Shown: positions 18,766-28,900 of the stretch, in pieces
How the letters are laid out: each line of letters begins with the position of its first letter
Numbering within the stretch: the stretch's first letter is position 1
From: Patescibacteria group bacterium
GTDB taxonomy: Bacteria > Patescibacteriota > Microgenomatia > UBA1400 > PJMF01
DNA length: 56,855 nt
Direction: 5' to 3'
NCBI GenBank assembly: GCA_049322575.1
Contig: JBMORQ010000024.1
Location: forward strand, 1 to 56,855
Program-made: the position numbers and the translations under genes
The notes under the pieces: generated by a model
Database searches by the model: none
What the model saw: the letters and a program-made list of their open reading frames with translations, nothing else
What the model was told of the DNA's origin: nothing

Positions 18766-19194
18766 TTACGACTTCTTACTTTTCTCATTGATCAAAAAGC
18801 CAGACTGTTTTTTTATTTCACGCAGTTCGCCCTCAATTTGATCAAGACGTGTAAACAAACGCTGCCAATTGTACTCAGTTTGGGTGCGGTTAACATAAAC
18901 AGTCACCATGCCGATTAGACTGCTGTATAGCAAAATTCCCGAGATTTGCAAAATGACGCCGATGATCCGTCCCACAGCAGTTACCGGCACAACGTCACCA
19001 TAACCAACGGTCGTGACTGTGGCCGAGGCCCACCAAAGGCCATCACCTAAATTTTTGATTGATGAGCCGGGTTCTGCCACCTCAAAAGGTACAACCAAGA
19101 TACCCATGAAAACAGCAACCGTTATTAAGGACAAAAAAACTTTGCGGAAACGATAGCGTTTAATTAATTCTTGTGGGACAGAAAAGAAAATCAT
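18766..19194 (-). CDS. Small two-TM potassium channel (KcsA-like pore)
   Basis: The selectivity filter TVTTVGYGD lies between two hydrophobic helices in a 142-aa protein. Confidence 0.85.
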   Translation of the reverse strand: MIFFSVPQELIKRYRFRKVFLSLITVAVFMGILVVPFEVAEPGSSIKNLGDGLWWASATVTTVGYGDVVPVTAVGRIIGVILQISGILLYSSLIGMVTVYVNRTQTEYNWQRLFTRLDQIEGELREIKKQSGFLINEKSKKS

Positions 19195-19310
19195 GAAGAC
19201 ATTATGACAATTTATTGTATTTTATTCAATTTTTGTACTGGTTGCCCACTTATGAATGGTGTGGCTGATTTTTTTGACAACTGAACAAAGAAAAAGAAGT
19301 GACGTCAAAA

Positions 19311-20279
19311 TTATTTTCCTAATAATTGCAAAATCAATCCAATTACCTTTTCTTTGTCCTTTGGGTTACTCTCAGCAACAAGCAGGGTTAGAGTTGTCAA
19401 TGTTTCCGGAGAAATTCTATCTTTACGCAAGAGACTAACCTTATTTAGAAACCACACGAAAGCCAAGGCTCCGCTGCGTTTGTTGCCATCGGTAAAAGGG
19501 TGATTTTTGACGAAAAAATAAAGGAGATGCGCCGCTTTTTCTTCCAAGGTTTCATAAGCGTCGCGCCCAAAGGCTGACTGAAAGACGTTGCCTATAATGC
19601 CAGCAACCACGTCTGGCTGTTTCTCTTGGGCGAACAATTCACTTGCTTCGTTTTTTCTGATCAACTCTTGCTTTAGAGCTCCGATGGCTTGTGATAGCTC
19701 CGCTGAATCCAGGCTAGCTTGCATCTTGCTTGAGCCAACTTTTGGCAGAGTCGATTTATCATAAGCATCGAGTGATTGCCAAGTACCTGCAAAAATCTTT
19801 ACTAATTCCAAAGCATCTTTGGCCGTTATTTTGTTACCTTCTGGGAGAAGAATTTGTAATGACTGCACTGCCTGCAAAAACTCTTGGTGATTTTTAACCA
19901 ATCTCTTTTTGTTTAGGGTGTAACCCTTGATGATATGCTGGCGTAAGGTCTTGGTCGCCCATTGGCGGAATTTAGTAGCTGTTTTAGAGTTAACACGATA
20001 ACCAACAGAAAGAATTAAATCTAAATTATAATGTTCAATCTCTCTTTGTACTGTTCTTATACCTTCGGTTCGAACTGTTGCAATTTTTGCAACAGTTGCC
20101 TTTATATCAAGCTCGCCAGTATCATAAATATTTTTTATATGACGCGAAATACCGGACTTATCAATCTCAAAAAGATCTGCAATTTGTTGCAAACTCGCCC
20201 AGAGCGTCTCCTTTTCCAAGTCACCACGAAATTCTATCTCGCCTTGCTTTGATTGGTAGATGATGATGTCTTTTTTCAT
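19311..20279 (-). CDS. RhuM-like N-terminal domain fused to a Fic/Doc-type C-terminal domain
   Basis: The N-terminus (...LILSVGYRVNSKTATKFRQWATKTLRQHIIKGYTLNKKRL) is typical of the RhuM family. The C-terminus carries HPFTDGNKRSGA, which matches the Doc/Fic motif HxFx(D/E)(A/G)N(K/G)R. The ATG is at 20279; the ORF opens at a TTG at 20288. Confidence 0.75.
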   Translation of the reverse strand: MKKDIIIYQSKQGEIEFRGDLEKETLWASLQQIADLFEIDKSGISRHIKNIYDTGELDIKATVAKIATVRTEGIRTVQREIEHYNLDLILSVGYRVNSKTATKFRQWATKTLRQHIIKGYTLNKKRLVKNHQEFLQAVQSLQILLPEGNKITAKDALELVKIFAGTWQSLDAYDKSTLPKVGSSKMQASLDSAELSQAIGALKQELIRKNEASELFAQEKQPDVVAGIIGNVFQSAFGRDAYETLEEKAAHLLYFFVKNHPFTDGNKRSGALAFVWFLNKVSLLRKDRISPETLTTLTLLVAESNPKDKEKVIGLILQLLGK

Positions 20280-20468
20280 TGCTTTCAAACAAAATAATAA
20301 TACATCAATTGCTCAAGAAATAAACCCAAAGATAAATACTCAAACTGAGTCAAAAATCTAACCAAAAGTTGAACTTGAATGGCAAAATTACATAGAGAAA
20401 AGCCGCAAAAAATAAACCACAAAATCAAATAGTGCTCTTAAAACCTTGAAACAATCAAATCAAGCAAT

Positions 20469-21608
20469 CTAGATTGCATCAACAACTTCAGGAACCTCAA
20501 ACTCATAACCAATAATTTCATCAAATGCGTTTATAGCCTGGTCCAGAATAGGATAATCAACCTTCAAGGGCTCAGTAACAAAACTTTTTCCGTACAAAGA
20601 ATCATTCGAGTAGTTTGCTTGTTGTTGAGTGATTTTGCCCTCAGCCAAATCTCGTTTGAGCTTATCTACATCAATCATATTGATACCAAGATCACCTGTC
20701 CATTGTATGTGAGCTAAGATATTTCTAGCTGGGTAGTTATGAGCGCTAAATTGTGTAGCGGCATTAATATCATCAAGCACGTAAACATTCCAATTTTCTC
20801 CGAAGAACACCCATTTTTGTTGATTTTTGACCTTTAAAGGCATGCCGCTTGCAGAGTCGCGCAAGTCTTCAATTTTGGTTATTCTCTCTGCTAAGGCTGC
20901 CTTGGCACCTTCAAATTTTTCCTGTTCAGCAATTAATTCTTGTGGAGGCCAAGTTAAGTCTTTTACGGTCTGTTGAGCGGCTCTGATTTCTTCGACATCG
21001 CCTCTATCTTGCAAACGGCTAAGTTCTACCACGTCATCTGCAGCGTACCAACCATATTTCTGATTGTAAGAAACAAAATCATCCAATACAGCACGGGAGT
21101 ACTTAAAGACAGAATTTAGTCGCTTCCCTTGAAAATCAAAAACTACTATTTGATAGTTGTCTACATCAGAACTCGATATATCGTCCTGAGAAGCCCACCA
21201 ATGATTCAAAGGAACTTTCCTATCGGGGTCACTCGAAACCATCATCAGAATTCTGTCTCTCGTCCGACAAATGTGCATAGTTTTTCCCTCAAATGGAAAA
21301 CTATATTGCTTATCCTGAATCATAAATGGAAAAATTTTCTCAAAAACCGCCAACTGCTGCTTTAAGACCTCTAACTCCAAAGCTCTTTCATTTTCCAAGG
21401 AGGCAAGTCTCTGTTTCTCCTCCTCTTGTTCTTCTGCTTTTATTTCATGAGCTGCACGATCAGCTTCATACTGTCTCATTTTTGCTTCTTGAAGTTGTTT
21501 TCTTAAGGGCTGGACCAGCTGGTGCAATTGATCATAGCTTTTCTTTCCAGATGGTTGAAAAAAATTTGATAGTAATCTAGAAAATCCCTCTGCGTTTGGA
21601 CTGCTCAT
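20469..21608 (-). CDS. Hypothetical protein, 379 aa, with an N-terminal coiled coil
   Basis: A long ORF co-directional with and upstream of the RhuM-Doc gene. No recognisable motif. Confidence 0.65.
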   Translation of the reverse strand: MSSPNAEGFSRLLSNFFQPSGKKSYDQLHQLVQPLRKQLQEAKMRQYEADRAAHEIKAEEQEEEKQRLASLENERALELEVLKQQLAVFEKIFPFMIQDKQYSFPFEGKTMHICRTRDRILMMVSSDPDRKVPLNHWWASQDDISSSDVDNYQIVVFDFQGKRLNSVFKYSRAVLDDFVSYNQKYGWYAADDVVELSRLQDRGDVEEIRAAQQTVKDLTWPPQELIAEQEKFEGAKAALAERITKIEDLRDSASGMPLKVKNQQKWVFFGENWNVYVLDDINAATQFSAHNYPARNILAHIQWTGDLGINMIDVDKLKRDLAEGKITQQQANYSNDSLYGKSFVTEPLKVDYPILDQAINAFDEIIGYEFEVPEVVDAI

Positions 21609-21658
21609 GGTTTCCTCTCTATATATAAATGCCCAAAATGAGAAGCAGTAATATCTTA

Positions 21659-23716
21659 CTACCTCTTCAGCTTGTCCACACCCATAATTTTGGTAAACTC
21701 GTCGCCGTCGAGTGTTTCGACTTCTAGCAGGCGCTCAGCGACCTCATCAAGTTTCTTTTTGTTCTTTTTGAGCAGCTCGGCTGCAATTTTTTCGCCCTCG
21801 GCTATCAATTTGGTAATTTCGATATCAACTCTCTCTTGCAACTGTGGAGAAATTTTAAATGGCTCGCCCCAAGACTTGGAGTAGTGCATCTCATATTGAG
21901 GGGCAAAATTCATTGGACCAAGATCGCTCATACCGTATTCGATAACCATCGAACGAGCAACCCTAGTGGCGCGCTCGATATCGTTGCTGGCACCTGCCGT
22001 CTGCTCATCAAAAACCAGCATCTCAGCAGCGCGTCCGCCAAACATCACCACGATATCATCTAGCAACTCTGATTTGGTAATTTGCAAACGATCTCGCTCT
22101 GGTGGGGTCAAGGTATAACCCAGGGCCTGGCCGCGCGAAATGATCGAGATGCGGTGCACAGGATCGGTGTTTGGCAATATATGAGCCAAAACTGCGTGGC
22201 CGGCTTCGTGATAAGCGGTCATCTTACGCTCCAACTCATCGTGCAAGCGTTTTTTGCTTGGACCAAGTTTAACTTTAAGCGATGCCTCTTCCAAATCATC
22301 CATTGTCACATCCATGCGGTTGTCTCTTGCTGCAGCGATGGCTGCTTCGTTGAGCATGTTTTCCAAATCAGCGCCAGAAAAACCCACCGTGCGTTTGGCG
22401 AGTTTATCTAGATCCACTGCTTTGTTGAGTGGTTTGCCAGTTGAGTGAATCTTGAGGATATTCTTTCTCTCCTCTAGATCTGGCAAATTAACCTGAACAC
22501 GGCGATCGAAGCGCCCCGGGCGGATCAAAGCCGGATCGAGCATGTCACCGCGGTTGGTGGCTGCGATTACTACCACGTTATCGTTGGGGGTAAAACCATC
22601 CATCTCAACCAGGATTTGGTTAAGAGTCTGCTCACGCTCGTCGTGACCACCCATACTTCCTTGTCCGCGAACACGACCGATAGCATCAATTTCATCAATG
22701 AAAATGATTGAAGGAGCAATTTTTTTAGCCGTAGCAAATAAATCACGAGCCCGCGAAGCACCCACACCCACCAACATTTCCATAAACTCAGAACCAGCAA
22801 TTGATAAGAACTGCACCCCAGCCTCACCGGCCACAGCTCGAGCCAACAAAGTTTTACCTGTACCAGAGGGGCCAACCAGCAGCACACCCTTTGGAGTACG
22901 GGCACCAACCTTAGTGTATTTCTTAGGGTGACGCAAAAAGTCGACAATCTCTTCAAGTTCTTGCTTGGCCTCCTGCATACCACCCACATCTTTGAACTTA
23001 ACTGATTGTTTACCTTTGACAAAAATCTTAGCCTTGCTGCGACCAAAACCCATGATCCCATCTTGAGATCCTCTCGCCTGACGCAACATGAACATAAAAA
23101 ACACCAACATGGCTAGAATCGGCAAGAAATTTATCAGCATCTCCCAAACCATCTGACCAAAAGATATGTCACGAATTTCAAGATTAACCTTGGCAAGATC
23201 GATGTCTGATGCTTCAAAAATCTGGATAACACCCTGTCCATCTTCTTTACGAGAAAGCTTGATGCTATCGTCTTTATAGAAAACTCGCAGTTCAGGTCCA
23301 GCTACTTCAATCGTTTTAACTTGATTCTCACGCACGTCAGTGACCAACTGACTTAAAGAAATTTTTTCGCGGTTACCACCCGTCATCATACTGACAATTT
23401 TGGGCACAAACAGCAGAAAAATTATCAAGTATATTAATCCCTTACTCATAAAATCATTTAGATCAAAAGAGAATCGAAATTCTTTTGTTTCACCGTCACC
23501 ATTTTGTTGATTTGAGGGAGTAGTTTTTTTGGACTTTCCAGATTGAGCGAACTTCCCAAAGTGCCCCGATTGATTCAACTGTCCTGATTTTTCTGATTCA
23601 TCAGTATTTGTCTGATCTTTAAACATAGCCTGAATTTGAGTTTTTTTGACAATTTCTGCGAGTTTTTTCTTAATTACTTCTTGTTCTTTCATCGAGAGTT
23701 TTTGCTTGTCCGTCAT
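21659..23716 (-). CDS. ftsH: ATP-dependent zinc metalloprotease FtsH
   Basis: Walker A GPSGTGKT, the AAA second region of homology, and the zinc motif HEAGHA. The ATG at 23716 is preceded by AAGGAA; the ORF extends to 23746. Confidence 0.95.
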   Translation of the reverse strand: MTDKQKLSMKEQEVIKKKLAEIVKKTQIQAMFKDQTNTDESEKSGQLNQSGHFGKFAQSGKSKKTTPSNQQNGDGETKEFRFSFDLNDFMSKGLIYLIIFLLFVPKIVSMMTGGNREKISLSQLVTDVRENQVKTIEVAGPELRVFYKDDSIKLSRKEDGQGVIQIFEASDIDLAKVNLEIRDISFGQMVWEMLINFLPILAMLVFFMFMLRQARGSQDGIMGFGRSKAKIFVKGKQSVKFKDVGGMQEAKQELEEIVDFLRHPKKYTKVGARTPKGVLLVGPSGTGKTLLARAVAGEAGVQFLSIAGSEFMEMLVGVGASRARDLFATAKKIAPSIIFIDEIDAIGRVRGQGSMGGHDEREQTLNQILVEMDGFTPNDNVVVIAATNRGDMLDPALIRPGRFDRRVQVNLPDLEERKNILKIHSTGKPLNKAVDLDKLAKRTVGFSGADLENMLNEAAIAAARDNRMDVTMDDLEEASLKVKLGPSKKRLHDELERKMTAYHEAGHAVLAHILPNTDPVHRISIISRGQALGYTLTPPERDRLQITKSELLDDIVVMFGGRAAEMLVFDEQTAGASNDIERATRVARSMVIEYGMSDLGPMNFAPQYEMHYSKSWGEPFKISPQLQERVDIEITKLIAEGEKIAAELLKKNKKKLDEVAERLLEVETLDGDEFTKIMGVDKLKR

Positions 23717-23886
23717 GTATATTCCTTTTTTCAAAAACACCAACATTTTTGTTTTAGAAACTATTTAGTTTTTGGCAGTTTGTTTCTGATTTTTTATTGT
23801 TGAGCATCAATTTAATACTCAATTATCTTCTTACTAAACTGGAGTTATTTTAACATGGCAAAACCTAGATCGATCTCCAATTTGCT

Positions 23887-23934
23887 TAGTCTTTACGGTA
23901 ATAAACTTGTAGCGGAATAAACAAATTATCACAA
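23887..23934 (-). repeat. Tandem (direct) pair of repeat-family cores upstream of ftsH
   Basis: TAGTCTTTACGGTAATAA is followed by ACTTGTAGCGGAATAAACAAATTATCACAA, which compares with AGACTTGTAGTGAAATAACATTTTTATTACAAAA. Confidence 0.6.
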
Positions 23935-23940
23935 TTCGTT

Positions 23941-26112
23941 TTAATCAGAAACGATCAAAACCTGATCGCCGGAGTCGTTGCCAGACTTTAAATTGATAAT
24001 TTTTTCACCATCGTTATTTTTAATTTCCCAATAACCGGCCGGTGGGTTGGCGGCACCAACTCTTGATACGGCTTCAAGTATCTGAGGCCAAGTAAGTTTC
24101 TGGTCTTTAGTCTTTGAATTAAGTTTTGTGGTTCGCCATTCAACAACTTCCAAACCTAATTCCTCGATTTGTTTTTTCAATTTCGGCGTCATCTCCACGT
24201 GGAAACGAAATACCTCAAATCTTCTTTGGCTGGATAAAAGTTGGTCTTCTAAATCAACTGCCCTAACCCCGACTAGATTAGTCAACTTATCCATCATCCC
24301 AAAAACTTTAGGGCTATTTTGTATACCAATCATCGACACAATCTCCCAGGAAGCTAGTGGTTTTTTATCTGCCGTCACTATCGATTGTTCTGCAAGTTGC
24401 CGAGAGATTTCTGAATCAGAATTCCAGTTTGGCAGAATCAAACCGTCGTCCCATATCAAAACCCAACGATTGGCTCTCCTTTCAAGAAAACCCTCAATTG
24501 TATGAGTATAAGTTCCCACGTCAGTTATATAAAAGTGCTTAACTGTTACCGGTACCTTGTTGCTAAACAAAACATAATTATTAACTGTGATTTCGGTTTG
24601 TTGTTGTTTGACAAAAGAATTCTCAGTGAAGACAAACAGATCATTTGCAAACTCTTGCCACGATGAATTGGGTTTTTCCACGAAAAAATATAAATCTTCA
24701 AATCTGTTGTCCGTCCACATCTGCCCAATCGTTTTTGCATCAGCTAGAGGAGAAGGAAACAGAAGCAAAAGCCACTGAACAAAAGAAACAACCGTTAATA
24801 TAAAAATTAACAACGATTGTTTTAGTTTGTGCTGCGATTGGCGGGATAAAAATTCGATGAATATTAACAATAACAACGGTTCGATTACTAGCAAATAACG
24901 GGAATAAAAACTACTGAACGAAAAGAAAACAATTAACGAGGTTGTAACAATCAACAAATAAACCACTGAGGTAGATGTTGAAACAAAAAAATGTGTGACA
25001 ATTTGAAACCAGTTAATGAAATTAGCAAAAAATCGGAAAGATTTTTTGTATTTATTTTTTTTTGAGAAAGAAAAGACAACCGACTTATCTGAGTTTTTTG
25101 CAAAAAAACCTGACAAATACCTAAACCAATACCCTAACAGTACTAATAAACCAACCAACCACCAAACCGACCATTCTCTAATGAACTGCCACTCTCCCGT
25201 TGCAAACAATTTATATACTCCAAACATCATCGCAAAAAATATTTGCATAAACGCTGGCTTAGCCATTGAGTTCAGGTAAAAGTGTACTGTCCACAGTTCA
25301 GACTTAAGCCAGTCAATCAAATTGTTTCCTTGCAAGAAAAATGGCAAAAACCAAAAAATATAAGTCACAACAGCAACAACTAGCAATGGGACAAAAATCG
25401 ACAAAATTTGGCGCACCAAAAATGTTATTTTTTTGTTTTTAAGCGTCCAATAAAAAAACAATAAATCAGTAAAAAAAACTGGTCCAACTAATACTGGAAA
25501 TTTAACAGCAGCAAAACAACCTAAACTTACGCCAGCCAATGATAAGTATATGATGACATTCTTTCGAAATCCAAATTCCCTGATTTTTGCTAATTTTTGA
25601 ATCGAATAAATATGCACAACTAAAAACATTAGAAGTGGCAAATCCAATACTGTTTGAGTTAATTGACTCGTCAGTAGCGGTAAAAATAAGAGATTTAGCA
25701 AATAAATCATCAGCCAGTTTTTATCAGTAACAATCTCTCGTGCTAACAAAAACAAAACTAATATGACAACTAAGTAACAAAACAAGATACTATATATAGG
25801 AGTACCCCAATATTCATAGCTTAACCCTAAAATATACTTTCCAAGTGGTGGAACCTCTGGGTTTATGTCAAAAAGTGACCGACCTTCAAAATATTTAGCT
25901 CCAGCGTAAACATACAAATCACCATCGCCCATGATTCTTTTGCTTAACGGCAGTTTCCATTGTGAGTGAATAAATAAATCATCCAAATAATCGATACTGT
26001 AGTATTGTTTTAAACTCAAAAAACCAAAAACTATGTTGATGAAAAAAATTCCTATGAAAAGAAGTAAGTTGAATAAAAAGAATTTTTTTGTTGAAGAAAA
26101 AGTTCTCATCAT
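23941..26112 (-). CDS. Large polytopic GT-C-fold glycosyltransferase-like membrane protein (PMT/ArnT, GT39/83-like) with a soluble C-terminal domain
   Basis: The first loop carries GDGDLYVYAGAKYF and NPEVPPLGKYILGL (compare the hPPLgkyl motif of the PMT/ArnT families), followed by more than 10 TM helices. The gene is strikingly AT-rich. Confidence 0.65.
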   Translation of the reverse strand: MMRTFSSTKKFFLFNLLLFIGIFFINIVFGFLSLKQYYSIDYLDDLFIHSQWKLPLSKRIMGDGDLYVYAGAKYFEGRSLFDINPEVPPLGKYILGLSYEYWGTPIYSILFCYLVVILVLFLLAREIVTDKNWLMIYLLNLLFLPLLTSQLTQTVLDLPLLMFLVVHIYSIQKLAKIREFGFRKNVIIYLSLAGVSLGCFAAVKFPVLVGPVFFTDLLFFYWTLKNKKITFLVRQILSIFVPLLVVAVVTYIFWFLPFFLQGNNLIDWLKSELWTVHFYLNSMAKPAFMQIFFAMMFGVYKLFATGEWQFIREWSVWWLVGLLVLLGYWFRYLSGFFAKNSDKSVVFSFSKKNKYKKSFRFFANFINWFQIVTHFFVSTSTSVVYLLIVTTSLIVFFSFSSFYSRYLLVIEPLLLLIFIEFLSRQSQHKLKQSLLIFILTVVSFVQWLLLLFPSPLADAKTIGQMWTDNRFEDLYFFVEKPNSSWQEFANDLFVFTENSFVKQQQTEITVNNYVLFSNKVPVTVKHFYITDVGTYTHTIEGFLERRANRWVLIWDDGLILPNWNSDSEISRQLAEQSIVTADKKPLASWEIVSMIGIQNSPKVFGMMDKLTNLVGVRAVDLEDQLLSSQRRFEVFRFHVEMTPKLKKQIEELGLEVVEWRTTKLNSKTKDQKLTWPQILEAVSRVGAANPPAGYWEIKNNDGEKIINLKSGNDSGDQVLIVSD

Positions 26113-26209
26113 AGTCCTGCAGATTGAATTAAAACCATTGAAAAATCAACAACTCAACACATCATAATATCACGCCACTTAGTGAAGCGCTGGCAAAAAT
26201 GAAATGTGT

Positions 26210-26548
26210 CTATGCCATCGGGCAACCAGGTTGCAAATCGTTGGGAGTTGGTACCGGCACGGGCTTGTCTTCTTGGTCAGCCATCAGCATCATACCCTGA
26301 CTCACCGATGGGCCCATTTTTCGTTCTGCCAAATTCACCACAAAAATAAATTTTTTGCCCAGAAAATCCTCTGGTTGGTACCAAGCTTTGACTCCAGAAA
26401 AAATCGTCTTCATGCCGATTTCTTCCCCGAAATCAACTTTAAACTCCAACAGTTTTTCACTCCATTCTGGAACATTTGCCTCGATAATCATTCCAACACG
26501 AAGATCAAGTTTTTCAAAATCACTATAAATAATGGTCGGTTTCATCAA
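26210..26548 (-). CDS. tRNA-binding domain protein (CsaA/Trbp111/EMAP-like OB fold)
   Basis: FEKLDLRVGMIIEA...FIFVVNLAERKMGPSVSQGMMLMA is typical of the tRNA_bind domain. It lies directly downstream of trpS. Confidence 0.8.
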   Translation of the reverse strand: MMKPTIIYSDFEKLDLRVGMIIEANVPEWSEKLLEFKVDFGEEIGMKTIFSGVKAWYQPEDFLGKKFIFVVNLAERKMGPSVSQGMMLMADQEDKPVPVPTPNDLQPGCPMA

Positions 26549-26569
26549 TCCTTTCTTACCTTTGAATAG

Positions 26570-27601
26570 TTAGGTTAGGCCTAATTTATTTTTAACTTCA
26601 CTAATGGTTTGACCAGCAATTTCTCGGGCTTTTTCTGCTCCTTGCTCAATAATTTGATCAACATATTCCGGCCGCGCCATAAGTTCGCGGTGTTTTTGCT
26701 GAATTGGTGTTAAATCAGCAAAAATCGCCTCGGCCAAAGCACGCTTAACATCACCATAGCGCAAACCCTCAGCCTGGTAACTTTTTTCCAAACTCTTGCG
26801 CTGCTCTTCGCCCATAAACATTTCCACAAAGTGCATGAGCGAGGCTACCCCTCCAGATTCACTGCCAGATTGATCGTAGTAAATGGCACCGGCCTTGGCT
26901 TGAGAGCTTGGTTCAACTCGACCCTTACCAGAATCAGTGGGAATCCGCGAAACCTTTTTGAGAATCGTTTCCAGATCGTCTGTCAGACCAATCGAGCTAC
27001 CCTCAACTGACTTGCTCATCTTGCCCTCGCCCAACAACGACGGCACATATTCTGCCTTGGTGGCGAAACGTTGAGCCTCGGGAAAATCCGTCCCAAATTG
27101 CTCATTCATTTTGCGTGCCACCTCACGGGTGACCTCCAGATGTGGCTCCTGATCAAGCCCGACCGGCACCAACTCCGCCTTATATGCCAAGATATCAGCC
27201 GCCATCAAAACGGGATAGTTGAGCAAAGCCATGGTCACATTATCCGGATGCTGTTTAACTTTATCTTTGAACGTTGGTAAGTGCTGCATCCTTGCCACCG
27301 ACATCACTGAGGAAAAAATAAAAGCTAAATAGGTGTGCTCCGGCACTCTTGCTTGGGAAGTAATGATCGATTTCTCCGGATCAAGACCAGCAGCCAAATA
27401 ATCAACGATCACTGCCTTGGTATCCTGCGCTAAAGTGTGGTTGTTAAATGGCGTGGTAATGGTGTGCAAATCCATTGCCATGTAAATGCAATCGTACTGA
27501 GGATCATTTTGTAAAGCGATGTAACCTTTAACTGCTCCCAGATAGTTGCCTAAATGCAAACGGCCGGTGGCTCTAGTGCCAGAAAAAACTCTTTTTTTCA
27601 T
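26570..27601 (-). CDS. trpS: Tryptophan--tRNA ligase
   Basis: Class I motifs HLGNYLGA (HIGH-like) and KMSKS are present, with TrpRS-like overall length (343 aa). Confidence 0.95.
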   Translation of the reverse strand: MKKRVFSGTRATGRLHLGNYLGAVKGYIALQNDPQYDCIYMAMDLHTITTPFNNHTLAQDTKAVIVDYLAAGLDPEKSIITSQARVPEHTYLAFIFSSVMSVARMQHLPTFKDKVKQHPDNVTMALLNYPVLMAADILAYKAELVPVGLDQEPHLEVTREVARKMNEQFGTDFPEAQRFATKAEYVPSLLGEGKMSKSVEGSSIGLTDDLETILKKVSRIPTDSGKGRVEPSSQAKAGAIYYDQSGSESGGVASLMHFVEMFMGEEQRKSLEKSYQAEGLRYGDVKRALAEAIFADLTPIQQKHRELMARPEYVDQIIEQGAEKAREIAGQTISEVKNKLGLT

Positions 27602-27694
27602 ATTTTTAATTCCTTGTTTTAATTCTATCTTTATTTTTTAATTTATTTTTATTGAAAATGCCTGATTGTGGCTAAAAAAATAGGATTTCGGCAC

Positions 27695-27716
27695 AAAAAA
27701 ACTCCCTATTTGGGAG
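27695..27716 (-). terminator. Short hairpin plus U-tract about 95 nt upstream of the trpS start (possible attenuator)
   Basis: The minus strand reads CTCCC-aaata-GGGAG-TTTTTTT. Confidence 0.4.
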
Positions 27717-27753
27717 CGATTTTGTCAAAACCTTTTGCCGTTAAGCCTTTTTT

Positions 27754-27782
27754 CAACAAAAACAACTCCCTAGCCGAGAGTT
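27754..27782 (-). terminator. Hairpin plus U-tract downstream of the recombinase gene
   Basis: The minus strand reads AACTCTC-ggcta-GGGAGTT-GTTTTTGTTG. One position is a G-U pair on the minus strand but a C-A mismatch on the plus strand, which supports the minus-strand assignment. Confidence 0.5.
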
Positions 27783-28024
27783 CGCCAACAAGCGTCGAAA
27801 GCAAAACATTTTTTTGACATTAAGAGAAATATACCGCAAGCTGAGAAAAAAACAACCTACGTATTTCGGTAAAGATCTCAGCGAGGATTAGCAGAGAAAT
27901 AGAAGTCAATTCAACTTACTCAGATAGCCAGTCCACCGAGATTACTTAAATATCTGAACTATCTTATCGATGTGACTCGGAGCACTGCATCTGATCTCAG
28001 GACCAGAAACTAAAGGTGTAAGAA

Positions 28025-28900
28025 TTAAAGCTCCTCAATCTGGACGTTGGGGGTCATCTCAGGAGCGTCGATGAGCTTGAGATACTTCTCGGTGGTGGTA
28101 ATGCGCTTATGGCCCACCAACTGAGAAATGTAAACCAATGGAGTACCCGCCTTAAGTTGTTCAACAATAAAAGTGTGTCGCAAGTCGTTGACTTTGGCGT
28201 TAGAAATGCCAGCCAAGCGGAAATAGCGATCGATAGCCGTACGGATGTTGCGAACCAAGAATGGTCGGCAAGTTTTGGTCAAGAAAACAGTTTTTTCTCT
28301 GGCACGAGGACGAATTTTCAGATAGTCCATCAGGGAATTCTTAGCTGCAGCATTCAGGGGCACCCGACGAGCCTCACGCGAGTTCTGGGGTTGGATGTAA
28401 ATGATACCTCTCTCAAGATCAACGTCGTCAGATTGTAAATAGGCCAACTCACTGATTCTCATACCTGTCTGGAGAAGCATTTCGACAATAGCAAACATTC
28501 TTGAATCACCACGACAAGCATCCCGAAGAGCTCGGTACTCGAGCTTTGATAAGACTCTCGGAGGAGATTGATCCACTTTAGGGTGGGAAATAACTTCGGC
28601 CGGATTAGTATCGACCACGTTTTCATTGATTAAGTAACGGAAAAAAGCCTTGATTGAGTTAATTTTGCGTGAGATTGACTTAGTGGTATAGCGTTGTTTA
28701 GAGAGCAGATCTTTGAACTCATCGATATCATCGCTGGTCACATCTGCTGGCGATAACTTACCCTTTTTGGTCATGAAATCAACCAATTGCTCGATATCCT
28801 TGCTGTAAGCAATTACAGTTGCATGAGCTTTGCCATCACCCTGCAAACGCTGGGTGAATTTGGCGTGTGAGTCAGATAAATTAATTGATGTATCAGACAT
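28025..28900 (-). CDS. Tyrosine recombinase, XerC/XerD-like
   Basis: An N-terminal SAM-like core-binding domain is followed by catalytic residues in GMRISEL (Arg), DLRHTF (His-x-x-Arg region), LVGHKRITTTEKY (His, Tyr). Confidence 0.85.
   Translation of the reverse strand: MSDTSINLSDSHAKFTQRLQGDGKAHATVIAYSKDIEQLVDFMTKKGKLSPADVTSDDIDEFKDLLSKQRYTTKSISRKINSIKAFFRYLINENVVDTNPAEVISHPKVDQSPPRVLSKLEYRALRDACRGDSRMFAIVEMLLQTGMRISELAYLQSDDVDLERGIIYIQPQNSREARRVPLNAAAKNSLMDYLKIRPRAREKTVFLTKTCRPFLVRNIRTAIDRYFRLAGISNAKVNDLRHTFIVEQLKAGTPLVYISQLVGHKRITTTEKYLKLIDAPEMTPNVQIEEL

Noticed and set aside
27602-28024. T-box riboswitch upstream of trpS
   Set aside because: The only GGUGG-containing stretch (minus strand around 27930, AAUCUCGGUGGACUGGC) matches the T-box consensus AANNNGGGUGGNACCGCG poorly. 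It also lies ~150 nt away from either terminator hairpin, so it cannot form an antiterminator with them. No clear specifier-loop context for UGG was seen. A covariance-model scan is still needed for certainty.
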